Assembly (NCBI RefSeq): GCF_009914755.1
Contig: NC_060927.1
Reading direction: 5' to 3' (one strand)
Origin: the human T2T-CHM13v2.0 reference genome, Homo sapiens
DNA: 64,000 nt
Shown: positions 1 through 13,619 of the stretch, piece after piece
How the letters are laid out: each line of letters starts with the position of its first letter
Position numbering within the stretch: the stretch's first letter is position 1
The notes under the pieces: model-generated
Told to the model about the DNA's origin: nothing
The model's database searches: none
The model's input: only the letters and a program-made list of their open reading frames with translations
Program-made: the position numbers and the translations under genes

Positions 1-72
1 CTGACCTCCTGATCCACACGTTTCCGCCTCCCAAAGTGCTGGGATTACAGGCTTGAGCCACTGCGCCCGGCC
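1..72 (-). mobile_element. Alu left monomer (5' end), cut by window edge
   Basis: Reverse complement reads GGCCGGGCGCAGTGGCTCAAGCCTGTAATCCCAGCACTTTGGGAGG, the Alu 5' consensus. Confidence 0.95.
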
Positions 73-2214
73 GACAATAGTCTTTAGAGAAAAGCCAGTT
101 TGTTTTTGGGTCTAGACTTCAAGATAAGAGTTTTTCTTGTTCTCAGTAATTGAGCAATTGGGGATGTACCTTCAAGATATTTCCTTTGCTTGTTGTCTCT
201 GAAATACAAGGGCTATGGAAATTTTGGATAAAAACATTCAATCAATAAGTTAAAAAGCAGTGAAGTGTGCTTAATTAATCCGGCTGATTCACTGAGTAAG
301 AGTTAATGTAATTGCCATTATCAGATGGAACATTTAGGCATACTTAGTTTAAAACCATTATTTTACTTGTGAAGTATCTAAGATTCAGAGACTTTAAAAA
401 AAATGTAATAGAGTTCCCAGGGTCAGATAGTTACATAAAAGAAAACAACTTAAATCCACATTTCATTTATAGGTCATGTGTATTGATGTAGAAGTTAAAT
501 ACATTAGCTTTCACTCTTTTTTAGTTAAATGCTCAGTGCAGAGTTTTGACAAGCATATACAGTCATGTAACCACCACCATAATCAATATATAGAATATTT
601 GCATCACTGGAGAGTTCCACTATGCTCTGTTCTCCACCTTGCCCTAGGCAATCTCTGATCTTGTTTTTATGCCTATAGTTTTACCTTCTTCAGAATGCCA
701 TACGATTCACACATTACGTATCCCTTTGTGTCTAGGTTCTTTCATTTAGCATAATTCTTTTCTATATTAATGAAGGTGTTGCACGTGTCAGTAATTCAAT
801 TCTTTTGCATGAGGAACAGTATTCCATTGTAAGAATGCACCACAATTTATCCATTCATCAGTTGATGAGCTTTGAGTTTTTGCTATTTGTTTTGTTTTGT
901 TTTTGTAGGTTTCAGCTATTATGAATAAAACTGCTATAAACATTTTGTACAGCCCTTTGTATGAACATATGTTTTCATATCTCCTGGGTACATATTAAGA
1001 AGCAGATTTGTTGCATCCTAGGATTTAACTTTATAAAAAACTGCCAAACTGTTTTCCAAAGATGTTGCATTCCCACAAGTCACATATGAAAAGTCAAAGT
1101 GCCGTGTATCTTTCTCAGCACTTTATACTGTCTTTTCTTTTTCAGTTTACTCTATCAGGTATCTTATTTTAGGTTAAATTTAATTTACATTTCCCTGATG
1201 ACTAATTATATTGAGCATCTCTTCAAATGTGCTTGTCATTCGTATCCATCTTTATTAAAATAGTTGTTCAAATCATAATCTTTTACCTATATATTAGTTT
1301 ATAATGTTAGCATTGAGTTATAAGGATCCTTTTTGAACTATGTCTTTATTTCTTTACTATATACTTGTCTTGCAAATATTTTCTTCCAATATGTAGCTTC
1401 TCCTTACATTTTCTACATATCTCTGTAGGGCATAAGATTATAATTTTGATGAAACCCAATTCATCTATTTTTTCTTCTATGATTCATGATTTTTGTGTCC
1501 TAAAAATTTTTGCTTAACCCTGCCACAAGTATTTTCTCCTCTGCTTTCTTCTAGGAATTTTATGATTTTTAACTCTTTATATTTAGGTCAATGACTTATT
1601 TCAAAATTTTTTTAATATGGTAAGAGAGACGATTCAACAATATTTTTATCATATTAAATACGCGGTCAAAAATTTCCAGGAATTTTTTTGTTGGAGGGTT
1701 ATCTTTTTTCCATTGAATTGATTTGTACCTCTGTCAAACACCAATTAAGCACATAGATATGAGTCTATTTTTATACCCTCTATGATATTCCATTGATATA
1801 TATTAATATTTTCACAGTAAGATCATATTCCCTTGATGACTATAGCATTTACTACAGTTAATTTTGTCATCAGGCAGTGTGAGTTCTCCAACTTGGTTCA
1901 TCTCTTTCAATATGACTTTTCCTGTTCAAGATCATTACATTTCCCACATAAATTTTAGAGTAAGCTTGTCAATTTCTCCCAAAAATAAAACAGATGAGAT
2001 TATGATAGGGATTGTTTTGAATCTATAGATCAATTTGAGAAGAATTGACATTTTAACAATAACAGGCCTTCGGACTTTTATTCATGGCGTATCTCTGCAC
2101 TAATTTATGTCTTTTGAAGTTCCTCAAATTTCTTTAATCGATGCTTTGTAGTTTTCAGCACACAAATATTTCACATATTTTCTTATATTATTTACACATG
2201 TGATGCTATTGTAA

Positions 2215-2653
2215 GTTATATATACTGTAATTATATATACTATATCTCTATATAATCGAGTTATAAATCATGTAATTTACAGTATATATCTTTATATAAT
2301 TGCAGTATATACAGTATACAATTATATATAGTATACTACAATTATATATATAATTGTTCTTTCTATAGATTATATATAATTATGTATATAATTGTTCTCT
2401 ATATATAGTAAATATAATTATCAGTATATATCTACATATAATTACAGTATATATATCATATATACAGTATATATCTATATATAATTTACATATATAGTGA
2501 TATAAATACTGAAATTATATATCTGTATCTATCTATTATCTGTGTATGTGTGTGTGTATATATATGTATATATGTATATATATACACATATATATACATA
2601 CATATATATGTGTGTGTGTGTATATATATATATATACACACACACATATATAT
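2215..2653. repeat. Degenerate (TA)n / TATAC low-complexity tract ending in a compound (TG)(TA)(CA) microsatellite
   Basis: Seen directly; adjoins the tail of the AluJ at 2654. Confidence 0.95.
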
Positions 2654-2938
2654 TTGGGAGGACAGGATTTCACTCAGTCACTCAAACTAGAGTACAGTGG
2701 CACAATCACAGCTCACTGCATCCTTGAACTCTTGGGCTTAAGTGATCCCACTGCCTCAGCCACCTGAGTAGCTAGAACTACATGCATATGCCACCATGCC
2801 TTGTTAATTTTTAAATTATTTGTAAAGATGATGTCTCACTGTATTGTCCAGGCTAGTTTCAAACTTCTGGCCTCAAGTGATCTTCCTGCGTCAGCCTCCT
2901 GAAGCACCAGGATTACAGTTGTGAGCCACTGTGTCTGG
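2654..2938 (-). mobile_element. AluJ
   Basis: Diverged dimeric Alu with J-type features (gaactcttgggcttaagtgatcccactgcctcagcc). Confidence 0.9.
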
Positions 2939-3200
2939 AATAAATTATATTTTTAAATTTAACCTTCAAATTTTTTATTTCCAGTAATTAGCAAAACAAC
3001 TAGAATTAGTATATTGGCTTTGTATTCTGTTAACTACTAAGATCAGACATTGGATTCAGTAGCTTCTTTTGTAGATTCCTTAGAGTTTTCTACGTAGACA
3101 TATTATGTGTGAATAGAGATAGTTTTGTTTGTCTTAACCACTTTTTGTTGTTGTTTAGGTGTGTAGGTTTTGTTTTCTTTTGTCTTATTGCACTGTATAG

Positions 3201-3553
<353 letters not shown>

Positions 3554-3554
3554 C

Positions 3555-3702
3555 ATTTTTTTAAATTTACTTTTTAATAAAGATAGAGATGGGGTATTTC
3601 TATGTTGCCCAGGCTGGTGTCAAACTCCTAGGCTCAAAAGTGATCCTCCCACCTCAGCCTCCCAGAGTGTTAGGATATAGGCGTGAGCCTTGTGCCCAGG
3701 CC
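3555..3702 (-). mobile_element. FLAM / Alu left monomer
   Basis: Single monomer: tatgttgcccaggctggtgtcaaactcctaggctcaa...ggcgtgagcc. Confidence 0.85.
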
Positions 3703-5614
3703 AGATAATGCATTCTTGCATTTTCCCCTATCTCAGGGAGAAAGTATTCAGTCTTTCACCACTAAATATGATGTTAGTTGCAGGTTTTTCATATATACTC
3801 TTTGTCATGGAAGATGTTCCCTTCTATTGCCAGCTTACCGAGAGTTTTATTCAGGAATGAATGGTGGATATTAAATACCTCTTTTTCTGCATTCCTTGAG
3901 ATGATCATATGGCTGTTCTTTTTGGTGTGTTCACATGGTGAATTCCACTGATTTTTTAATGCTATGTTAAACTTTGACTTTTTGGATAACGCTAATTGTT
4001 CCTGATGGATCATTCTGTCTTTATATGCCAGCCTTTGACTTACTAATGTCTTATTATGGTTTATATTTCCATATTTATGAGGGATATTGGTCCACAGATT
4101 CCTTTTCTTAAATGTCTCTGGCTAGTTTGGGAATCAAGCTAATGCTTGCCTCATAAAATTCACTAAAAAGCTTTCCCAATTATTTAATTTTCAGAAAAAT
4201 TTTTTGAAGTGTTGGCGCTTTTTTCTGTCAGTGTATATAAATATTTGGATATTTTCCAGATGTCTTTTTATAATTGGTATCTAGTTTAATTATGTTATGG
4301 TTAAAAAAAAAGCATTTTGTATTGTTTCCATTATTTTAAATTTGTTGTGGTTTGTTTTTCTGACACAGAATATCATCTATCTTTGTGAGTATTCCATGTG
4401 CAATTGTAGATAGGTAGAATGTCCTATAGATGTCTATTAAGTCATATATCTTCATAATGTTTTTCAAGTCATTAATAGTCTTAAAGACTTCCTGTCTACT
4501 TTTCCCATCAAGTACTGAGAGAGGAGTATTAAAGATTCCAGTTGTAATTGTGGATTTGTCTATTTCTCATTTCTACCATTTTTAAAAAATGTTCTTTGAA
4601 GCTATGCATTTGGATCAATACAAAAGGATTATAATATCTTCATGATAAATTGACACCCTTGTCAGCCAAACTCTGTCTTACATTTGTGGCAGGACTTAGG
4701 CTGGAGAGCTTCCTTTTCTTCCATTGCTAGTGCCAGATTTCTATGTTGTGCTAGTGCATTCTTCTTGTAGCAGGTGATTTTTTGTTCCTCTCTAGAGCGG
4801 AGCACTTTTGCTTCAACAAATCCCTTCAGAAGTAGTGGATCTTTGTCTATTTCCTGGATGTAGATTGGAAGAATCCCTATTCTTCAACAGATTTTGTTTT
4901 TACCCTTCCACCAGAAGCAGTAGACCTTTGCCTTGGAGAAAGAATATTGAATGCCCCTTCCCCTATATTTTAAGTTTTTTGTTTGTTTGTTTACTTAATA
5001 TGCAGGTGTTGTTCTGTGCCTGTTCTCCAGCAGCAGCCACTTACCTTCTGCTTGCATATGACATGGACAGGCCTTTCTCCAGACTCCTGCACTGCCTTAG
5101 ATATTTTTTCTGAAAACCCAATGGAGGCTTATAGAAGAAAAGAGCTTTGATTCTGGGACTACTACGCCTAACCTTTATGAGTTCTCTAACATTTAGTGAA
5201 CTGTTTCTAACATGCTTCTATGCTGGCTACATTTTCCTACCATTACTGCCAAAAGCAAATGTTCTCACTGTCCCTTTTCTTCTCAAGCATCTTTTAACTC
5301 TTTGGAATTTACTTCACTTGGTTGACTTGTAACCTAAGCTCTCTGGAGGGTTGAAAAAAATTATACCTTTTTAGATTATTAGCTTTCTTTATTGTTAGCA
5401 TGGAAGGGACATTCTCTTGCAGTTTTCATTATCCTAAAAGCATAAGCATGACTTGAACCCGTGAGTCTTGTAGGTAGTTTTTGATTTGAAATTTAGTCAT
5501 CACTGGGAAATATTCTCTATGCCTTTCTGTATCTACTCTGATGAAGTTTAGTAAAATAGAAAGCATGGAAGATATATGTTATAGTACAACATTGTCCTGC
5601 ATCCTATAAAAAGC

Positions 5615-5621
<7 letters not shown>

Positions 5622-5647
<26 letters not shown>
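5622..5647. repeat. (CA)n microsatellite
   Basis: Seen directly. Confidence 0.95.
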
Positions 5648-6369
5648 AAACAGAACACACAATTACTACCTGGTCAAATTAGCTTGAGCATTACTCACTT
5701 CACCAAACTTCACTGAGTATAGAGGGTTTTGACTCTTCCATTGTGTTACATGTTTAGGCTTTTAAAACTATATTGTCAATCCATAGATAGGGATATTATA
5801 TCATCATAATTTTTATTATATTAATTCATAGATTTTTTAAAGGATTCCAACATATTCTGGATTTTTGTTTTTGAATTGGTGCTTGTGTGTGTGTGTGTGA
5901 GTCAAAGATGTTGCAAGAAACATAGTGTAATGGAATATTATTCCAAGGCTCACTAGGACTTGCTTTTATAAGTTTTGCTCCTTGTAAGATTTAAGTCTTC
6001 ATGCCCGTTTTCCAGCCCACTTCTCATCCACTCACCATAATACAACAAAATTCAAGTACTTTTCAAACAATCATAACCTTATTAGTAACAGGAAGACAGC
6101 CTATTTGGAGTAATTCACCCCACTCACCAATTATGTACACTTGACCCAGAGACAGTCAAATAGAAAAGGCTTATGGTTCAGAAAATATCCTTAAGTAGCG
6201 TTCTTGTTTCAGTTTCAGAAAATTGCATACAGTTAAATAAACAAATGCTCTTTAAATGCCCAGAATGTTGGAATAGGTCACAGAATCTGAAAAGGTAGGA
6301 ATTTTTTCTAAGTATAAAGGATATGGCATATCTGGGGCCAGCCAAAATGAGTTCATGGCAGTTTCTCTC

Positions 6370-6545
6370 CTAACTAGCTCTGTCATCTCCGGCGAACCTT
6401 TTCCCCTTTACTTATTTCATTTACTCATGCTCTCATCTGTATAAACTAAAATTCATAATATTCTTTCTTCCACGCTTACTGTGAGCATTAGTTGACATGC
6501 ATAAGGAAAGCCTGAATAATGCCCATTACATGATGGCTGTTGTTG
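6370..6545 (+). mobile_element. MIR remnant
   Basis: Core-like ctctcatctgtataaa...tgtgagcattagttgacatgcataaggaaagcc. Confidence 0.5.
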
Positions 6546-6567
6546 AATCTAAATCCCTCTCTCCTCA

Positions 6568-6935
<368 letters not shown>

Positions 6936-6939
6936 TTAT

Positions 6940-7100
6940 CACAGCACTGTTCCAACTTTGGCTTTACAATAGCCACTTACGTGCATGTCTTACTTCCCAG
7001 TGAGACTGAGTATCTCTAAAGCTGACTAGGAAGTCATCTCTCCATCCACAGTAGTTTTAGCACAGTGCTTCCTATGTTACCACATTAAACAAACATTTGC
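6940..7100 (+). mobile_element. L2 3' end fragment
   Basis: tagcacagtgcttcct...aaacaaacatttgc resembles the L2 terminus. Confidence 0.45.
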
Positions 7101-7519
7101 TTTAACATAATTTGAACCACTCTTTGGACTACCTCACATGTGTTTGGGAGTGGCAGATCAGACAGTGAGACTGTCTTTTTGTAAGAAACTCTAAACCACG
7201 AGGTAGAAAAGGTCTAGTGATGATGGTTAAGACCTAGTCACTGCTCTGTAACTGGGGTGGGTGGGAGAAAGTGTCAATAAATTAGTCAGAGAACAGGTCA
7301 AATGAAACACACAGCAGTTATGTTTTAGGATGCTTCATGTTCTTTACGGAAGAGCTGAAGCAATCTTTTCTTGAGGCTAGGGAATAAATCCAGAACTTTG
7401 TAGGAACAGTGCAGGAGTAATCTGGGATGAAGCTTTAATCACACCATGAGGAAAATGTATTTCTTTCTGGTCATTCCCCCGTTCCCTTTAACAAGTTTCC
7501 TATGCCCTTCCCTTAAATA

Positions 7520-8120
7520 TTTGTCTCCTCATAATTCTATCTTCCTCTTATCACTTTAAACTTTCAGACTGAGTCATACTCATGTATTGCTATGGTTTCA
7601 ATTATTTAAAATTCCAAGTCTGTTTGTTCCAGATAAATCTCTCTTGAGGACCTGTCTTCTATATTCAAAACCAGATAAGACAATTTCACACCCAAGAGTT
7701 GCAGATACTTTAGGCAACTCAAATTTAATAAGTCACAAAATAACCTAATTACCTCTGTCTCCACCCAAATTCATATCTGTGTAATAGTCTTGGCTTCAGT
7801 AAATGACATCACCATCTACCCAGATTTGGAAGCTGGGAATATAGGCATCACCCTACGTTTCCCTATCCTTTATCTCCCACTACCAAGACCACTAAATCTG
7901 AATCCTGAATTATGGCTCTCTCTCTTTCTCCTTCCTTGCCCTCCATCTGCCCTCCATTGCCTTTCACTCCAGTTCCTGCTTCCATCTCTCACAGAGACTG
8001 CAATAGCCTCTCAGTAAGTTTCTCTATTTCTAGTTCTGCTGCCTTCAATGCCTTGCTCACTCTCTGGATAACTTTTCAAAAGTGCAAAACTGATTGTAAT
8101 TAGTTTAAAATTTAAAATTC
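7520..8120 (+). mobile_element. L2 fragment
   Basis: cttcagtaaatgacatcaccatctacccag; gactgcaatagcctc; ttttcaaaagtgcaaaactgat are typical L2 motifs. Confidence 0.7.
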
Positions 8121-8465
8121 ATATATACTCACCATCTTTTAGCAACCTGTAAAATAAAGAAAATTCAAGCTTAAACACTCAGAATATTTTCCTCCTCCAT
8201 CTTCTACATGTGGAAAAAAAATTATTAATTTTTAATGTCTCAATTTTTTTTAATTCATGAAGACATTTCAACAATAAAAACCAGTAATGCAAAGATGCCC
8301 CAAATTTTATTATCATATGAAACTCCTAGGGAAAATAAAATCCTGAAGATTAAAATTCTCTGGAAGATAAGACAAACCAAAATCTAAAATAATTAAAGTT
8401 TCAAGATAAAATTATTATTTATCATATTTAATGTCTAAAGAAATTTCAGTGCTTTTGAATTCTTT

Positions 8466-8709
8466 TTTTTTTTCTTTGAGATGGAGTCTCGCTCTGTAGC
8501 CCAGGCTGGAGTGCAATTCTCCTGCCTCAGCCTCCTGAGTAGCTGTGATTACAGGCATGTGCCACCATGCCCAACTAATTTTCGTATTTTTAGTAGAGAC
8601 GGGGTTTCACCATGTTGGCCAGGCTGGTCTTGAACTCCTAACATTGTGATCCACCAGCCTCGGCCTCCCAAAGTGCTGGGATTACAGGTGTGAGCCACTG
8701 CTCCTGGCC
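8466..8709 (-). mobile_element. AluSg-like with a ~50-bp internal deletion
   Basis: Alu consensus; TSD gcttttgaattcttt at 8451-8465 and 8710-8724. Confidence 0.93.
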
Positions 8710-10892
8710 GCTTTTGAATTCTTTATCGGGCTCCGTCTCATCTAGAAGGGTGCCTGACGCTTAGGCATTACTGATTTTCCTCATGGCAGCAACATGTAGG
8801 CTGCCTCTCAGCCTAAACTAGCTTCAGGGTCTCAGAGTCTGTGTCAGTTCAATGCTTATTCCCTGATGTGACTCACTTTTCAGAAGTCCTGAGGGTTAAT
8901 GGGATGCAAAAGATCAGGGCATTAACCCCACAACTATTCCAGAGAATAAATTCTGCTGCCCCATGACAGATCGATCAGGCAAAATTATGTTCCCAGAACC
9001 CATTACCTGAGGAAAGAAAGTAGATAAAGAAATCTTATTTTTAGCTCCATCAGGAGACCAATTGACCAGTGGTCCAGCAAATGCAACCTGAGAACATAAA
9101 CTCACTTGGGAGAAATTCACCTCATCACCTCCGTGCTGGATTGGGCTAAGCTGTCCTGTATCCATTTGGCCCTGCTCCTGAGAAGAGCTGATTTGGATCT
9201 TTCTCCAGATTAAGAAAGAGCAGTAATCACATATAGCAATGTAACAGAAAAGCATGATTCTTGACAAAATAAAACAATTTTGCTTTTGTATGCTTTTTCC
9301 ACTTAAAACTTCATCGAGTAGGGATAATGTACTTCTATCTCTAGATTAAAAACTCCAGCAAAGTTATGAATTTGTATCTAATTTTAGATACTAAATAATT
9401 CTACAATCTCCTTAAACAACAAACATCCGCACTCATTTACAGTCTTCCTCCCTTTTCAGCTTAAGCCACTGCAGATTGTGGGGGAAAATCAGGCAAAGTT
9501 GGCGTTTTCTTTCTTAGTGCTCATCTCCTCCCCTACTCACTGGCTGCTGTTAGCTTTTCCCACCAAGGCTGATATAAGGAAAATGCAGAAGGCTGAGTTG
9601 CTACTTGAACTTGTGCCAGCTTTGAGTTTTTTGGGCGTGCCAGATGTTCAGAAACGACTTTTCTCTACTGGGGCGTTTTAACAGCTCTTCACAGGTTTTT
9701 TGTTGAGCTCTTTTGCTTCTAGTTCCTTGATGCTTTTTTATTCCCACCGGTAGATTGCAGTGGTTCCTTCTGCAACTAGGAACACCTGAGGAAATGATTC
9801 CAAACCTTTCTGCTTATGTCTTCTAAACACCCCAGACAACCCCTATGGACAGAACTCTGAATAGTCTGTGATTCTGCATTCTTTGTCCAGCAGCCTCTGG
9901 GTGTGCAGATCAATCTTTACCCTATCACACTCTCCCAGCCTGCCACCCAAGTATGTAGTTAGCCTTGCCCTCAAGATTACCTAGAAAGAAGTCATAGCCC
10001 GGTTCATACACTGTTTTAGATTTGTCTGACTTAACTCAGGTACAATCATCTGTCTCTACCAACCATTTAGGAACCCAAACACCCTCCCTCTGACAAGTGT
10101 CTGGGACTGTCAAATGGCAGGTTGTTCAAAGGTACAAGGTCTTTGTGGAGAAAGCCCATACCCAAGAAGGGCTTTGAGTTCCTTCCACCCTTGGTCTTCT
10201 TCACTCAGCCATCCTCTAATTTCCATTTATCCATAAAAGCCACACTCTCTCTTCTTTCTCCTCCTAGGTCCAGGCTTTTCTAGCTCTTGTTAGGAGAAAT
10301 ATATATATACATGCTATAAGCAAGATTTTTCGCTGTTATATAAGCATTTGTATGTGGGGTAAAAATTTGGTTCCTTGAAGCTTTGTTTTTGCTTTGGAGT
10401 GACTTGAAGAAGAGAGAGAGCGCATAAGAGTATAAAGGAGAAAGAAAAGAGGGGAATGCACAAAGGAAAAGATGGATTTATGTTTTGAATTACCTTGTTA
10501 CACTTCTTCTCCTACTAAATTTTTGCATCCTTCCAGAGAAAGTTAATTCCTATCTTGGGGCTTTTTCTCCCCCAAAGTGTAAAAGCTAGGGCACTCTGGA
10601 TTCCATGCTTTACTAGCATAGTAATTCCTAAGTGTCTCCCAAGCACTGTAGTGAGCCATAAGCCATGGTGCACTTTCTCTTGGTTCCCCCAGATGAATAC
10701 ACAAAACATAATCCTGGATGGTTTAACCTACCTTCTCCATCAGGAATGTTACCCCTTTTACCAGATGGAGTTCTTTTAAAAAGATTTGGGGTTATTCACT
10801 TTTCTGACCTTTATTCCACCTCTAACTCATACATTTGTTAACTTCCAAAAACGCGTTTCTTTTTTCCTCTTTTTTAATGAAAAATTACAAAC

Positions 10893-10985
10893 GTATCAAA
10901 TTGTATTAATTCTAAGCACAGATAGGTATCTTTTCAGCTCTTAATATTTCTGAAGTTGAAATGCATTTACAATTAGTGTTGTGTC
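10893..10985. mobile_element. Possible Tc2-type DNA transposon fragment (MER104/Kanga-like)
   Basis: attaattctaagcac...ttaatatttctgaagttgaaatgcatttacaat resembles the recalled consensus. Confidence 0.3.
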
Positions 10986-11039
10986 ATATTTTGTTTTTTG
11001 ACTCTTTCTTCTTGAGTGATACAAATATACATCAGTATA

Positions 11040-11440
11040 TTAGAATACCAAGTCCATTTTCAATTTTTCCAAATTATACTCAAGATAACTTTTTATATTT
11101 GGACTGAACAAATATCAGATAAAGTCTCTTTTAATCTTGTTCACTGTTCCTCTTTTGTTTTTGTCTTTCATTAACTTGTTTTAAAAAAATCCCATCATTT
11201 TTCTTCTATGGCCTACATTTAGGATTTTTCTTATTGCCTCTTTATCGTGTATCTTAATAACTTTTTGTCTTCCGTGTTTCCTGTGAATTCAAAGTTAGAG
11301 ATAAAGGCTTGCTTATGTTCAGGTTTAATATTCTTGGCAAGTTTACTTCAGAGCGGTGCTGTGTACTTCATATTGTGTCACATAAGGGGAAACATAATGC
11401 CTGGTTGTACCACTTTTAGAGATGATCAATTTTAGAATTG
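11040..11440 (-). mobile_element. L1MC4/5-like 3' region
   Basis: aagttagagataaaggcttgcttatgttcaggtttaatattcttggcaag...cataatgcctggttgtaccactttt. Confidence 0.5.
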
Positions 11441-12944
11441 ATTTGTGTCTTTTTACAGTAATCTGTTTTCTTTTTCAATTGATAAAATTGTCTCTCAAGT
11501 CTTCCCTAAGATACGAATGAGAAGTGTGTTCATGTTCATCTGTTTCTTTGAGTTCTTTTTCAAATTGTTTGTTCTCCACATGTCATGGTCATTGATCCAT
11601 ATTATGTATGAATAACTTCTTCTGCAGAATAGTATCTCTATATCAAAGAATTCCCCCCTTGAATAAAAACACCAGTTAGGATTTCTACGTAAGTCTGCAG
11701 GTCATAGTGATACACAGGCTTCCATTTTAGGTCTGTGCAGGCAGGCTGCAGATAGGCAAAATAAGACTGGAAGAAAAGCACTTCAGAATATTCCCTCTAA
11801 GGTAGATGTGTTTTTAAAAGATCTCCCCATATTTTTTGGTGATGTGTGTTGAGTTTTTTTTTGTCTACGTTTTTTATGCCAGGAAGAAGGAAGGCATGAT
11901 TCTGGCATAAAGAATATAGACTGAAAAACCTCAATGCATGTAACCAAAAATTTAATGGAGTGGAATTTATCTAATCTCCTCTGGAATTAAATAGATAGGA
12001 AGTTATTTGGTCTCTCTGAAATTTGTTGAGTTAATAATAATTTTATGTCCTCCTTTCTTAATGAGAACTATTCAAAACACATTTCTTATCTTTGAAAACT
12101 AAGTTTCAAATTTTTCCTTTTATAGAAACGTTTAATTACGGTTATTTGTCCTTGTGTATACTTTAGTAGTTTGAGTTAGAGAGGCGTCCAGAAGAATTAA
12201 TCATCATAATTCTGTATGCATGGTCTCAAAAGATTTATACATAATAGCAAAAAGAAAAGTTTCTGAAGAACATTATGTTCTCTAAGGTCTAGAGTAGGAG
12301 AAAATAATAATGAGATTAAGCATAAAAATGCAAAATAGAGCAATCAGGAGCTCTCTTGAAGAACATATGTTTAAAAATTAAACACCATTTTGTTTTAAAT
12401 ATGATTATACATATGTTTTAATATAGTACTGTATGGTTTTTAACATCTTGGAAGGTTTAAATAAATTTCAGTCATATAAATACAACAAGAACTTTGGGTG
12501 AGAAGTAGACCACTAAAATATAAAATATGTAGAAAATCAGAATACTTATTGAAATAATCCAGTATAGGTGTGCCTATAACAGGAGACTCTAAAGAGAAGG
12601 TGCTTCCTTTATATACGATGATTCTCGGAGATTGTAGGTTGCTACCTTGATGTATTTTTAAATGTTTTTGGAAAGGCACTACAATCTTACACCTTTTATT
12701 AGAATCAGATTATCAAACTAGAATGACTATTATATATTACAATGGGTGAGAGTTTTGCTTTCAGGATGTTCATATTTTAAGAGTTTTATGTTTTCATGAC
12801 AAAATTTTCCATTATCAGTTTGGAAAGTAGTGGCTAAACAGATATCTTTCCTGTAGCCCTCACAAAACTTTAAGTATGTTTTATATATTATGATTCTTCA
12901 AAAATAAAGTATAATATGTGATGAGTTGGGAAGTTATTTGACCA

Positions 12945-13520
12945 CATTCCTCCAGATTTTTCTTCGTCACCTGGCTAGTAATTTTCTATTATCTACTGGA
13001 TGCTGTGAGTTAAACAATGTAATGACTCTGAATTCTGTCTATGAAAGGCATTGAGTTTTATAAGTTTTATTCCAACAGGCATTTATATTACTGACAGATC
13101 ATGTTGCTCATGTGAAAACATGACTTTTGACATTATTAGGGTGGATCTCTTTTGTTTTTGTCTTTTGTCCAAGGTCAAATGGTTTTAGTCCTGGAATTTA
13201 CTATGCTATTTACATAGAAGCACATTGTTGCTCATATCTCTCCTTGGCTATTTTAGGCTTCCAAGTGCTGTTTTCCTTGGGACTTTGACTCACATGTGTG
13301 CACTTCAGGAGTTGGCCTAGGATTTGAAGGACATTTTATGCACAGTTCAGTGTTCTCACTTTGTACAGATTTCCATTCCTAGATTTCTGTCCTCAATTTC
13401 ACAGCCATTCTGAGGTGTTCAGAGCCCTGAACTCTGATCTCTGATCCATCCACCCAATCAGCCAGATGCTTCTCTTTGAGAGCCATCCTCTATGTCCCAC
13501 ACCAACTAGTTACAATTCCC
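12945..13520 (-). mobile_element. Old L1M 5' region remnant
   Basis: Decayed similarity to L1M 5' antisense motifs (ctggatgctgtgag...ggcattgagtttt...ttagggtggatctc). Confidence 0.4.
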
Positions 13521-13619
13521 TTTATAAAGATCTTTGTGTTCTACAAATCACACTTGAGTAATAGCTACTAAGCAATGCAATCAATCAATTTAACATAATC
13601 TAAAAAATCTATACTTATA

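Noticed and set aside
1-72. Alu with GGCTCAAGCC and GAAACG, reminiscent of Old World monkey AluY lineages
   Set aside because: Only 72 diverged bases are visible, and the L1PA3/4-like insertion at 44.7 kb points to a hominoid genome; the species cannot be fixed from this
147-295. Possible + strand exon (ttcttgttctcAG ... TGA|GTAAGA)
   Set aside because: Stops in all frames and weak sites; likely a chance pseudo-exon
8914-9267. 117 aa minus-strand ORF in non-repeat DNA
   Set aside because: Non-ATG start, no recognisable domain, and it runs through a polypyrimidine tract
9470-10300. Possible ancient LTR-like element
   Set aside because: Could not match it to a family or find termini or a TSD
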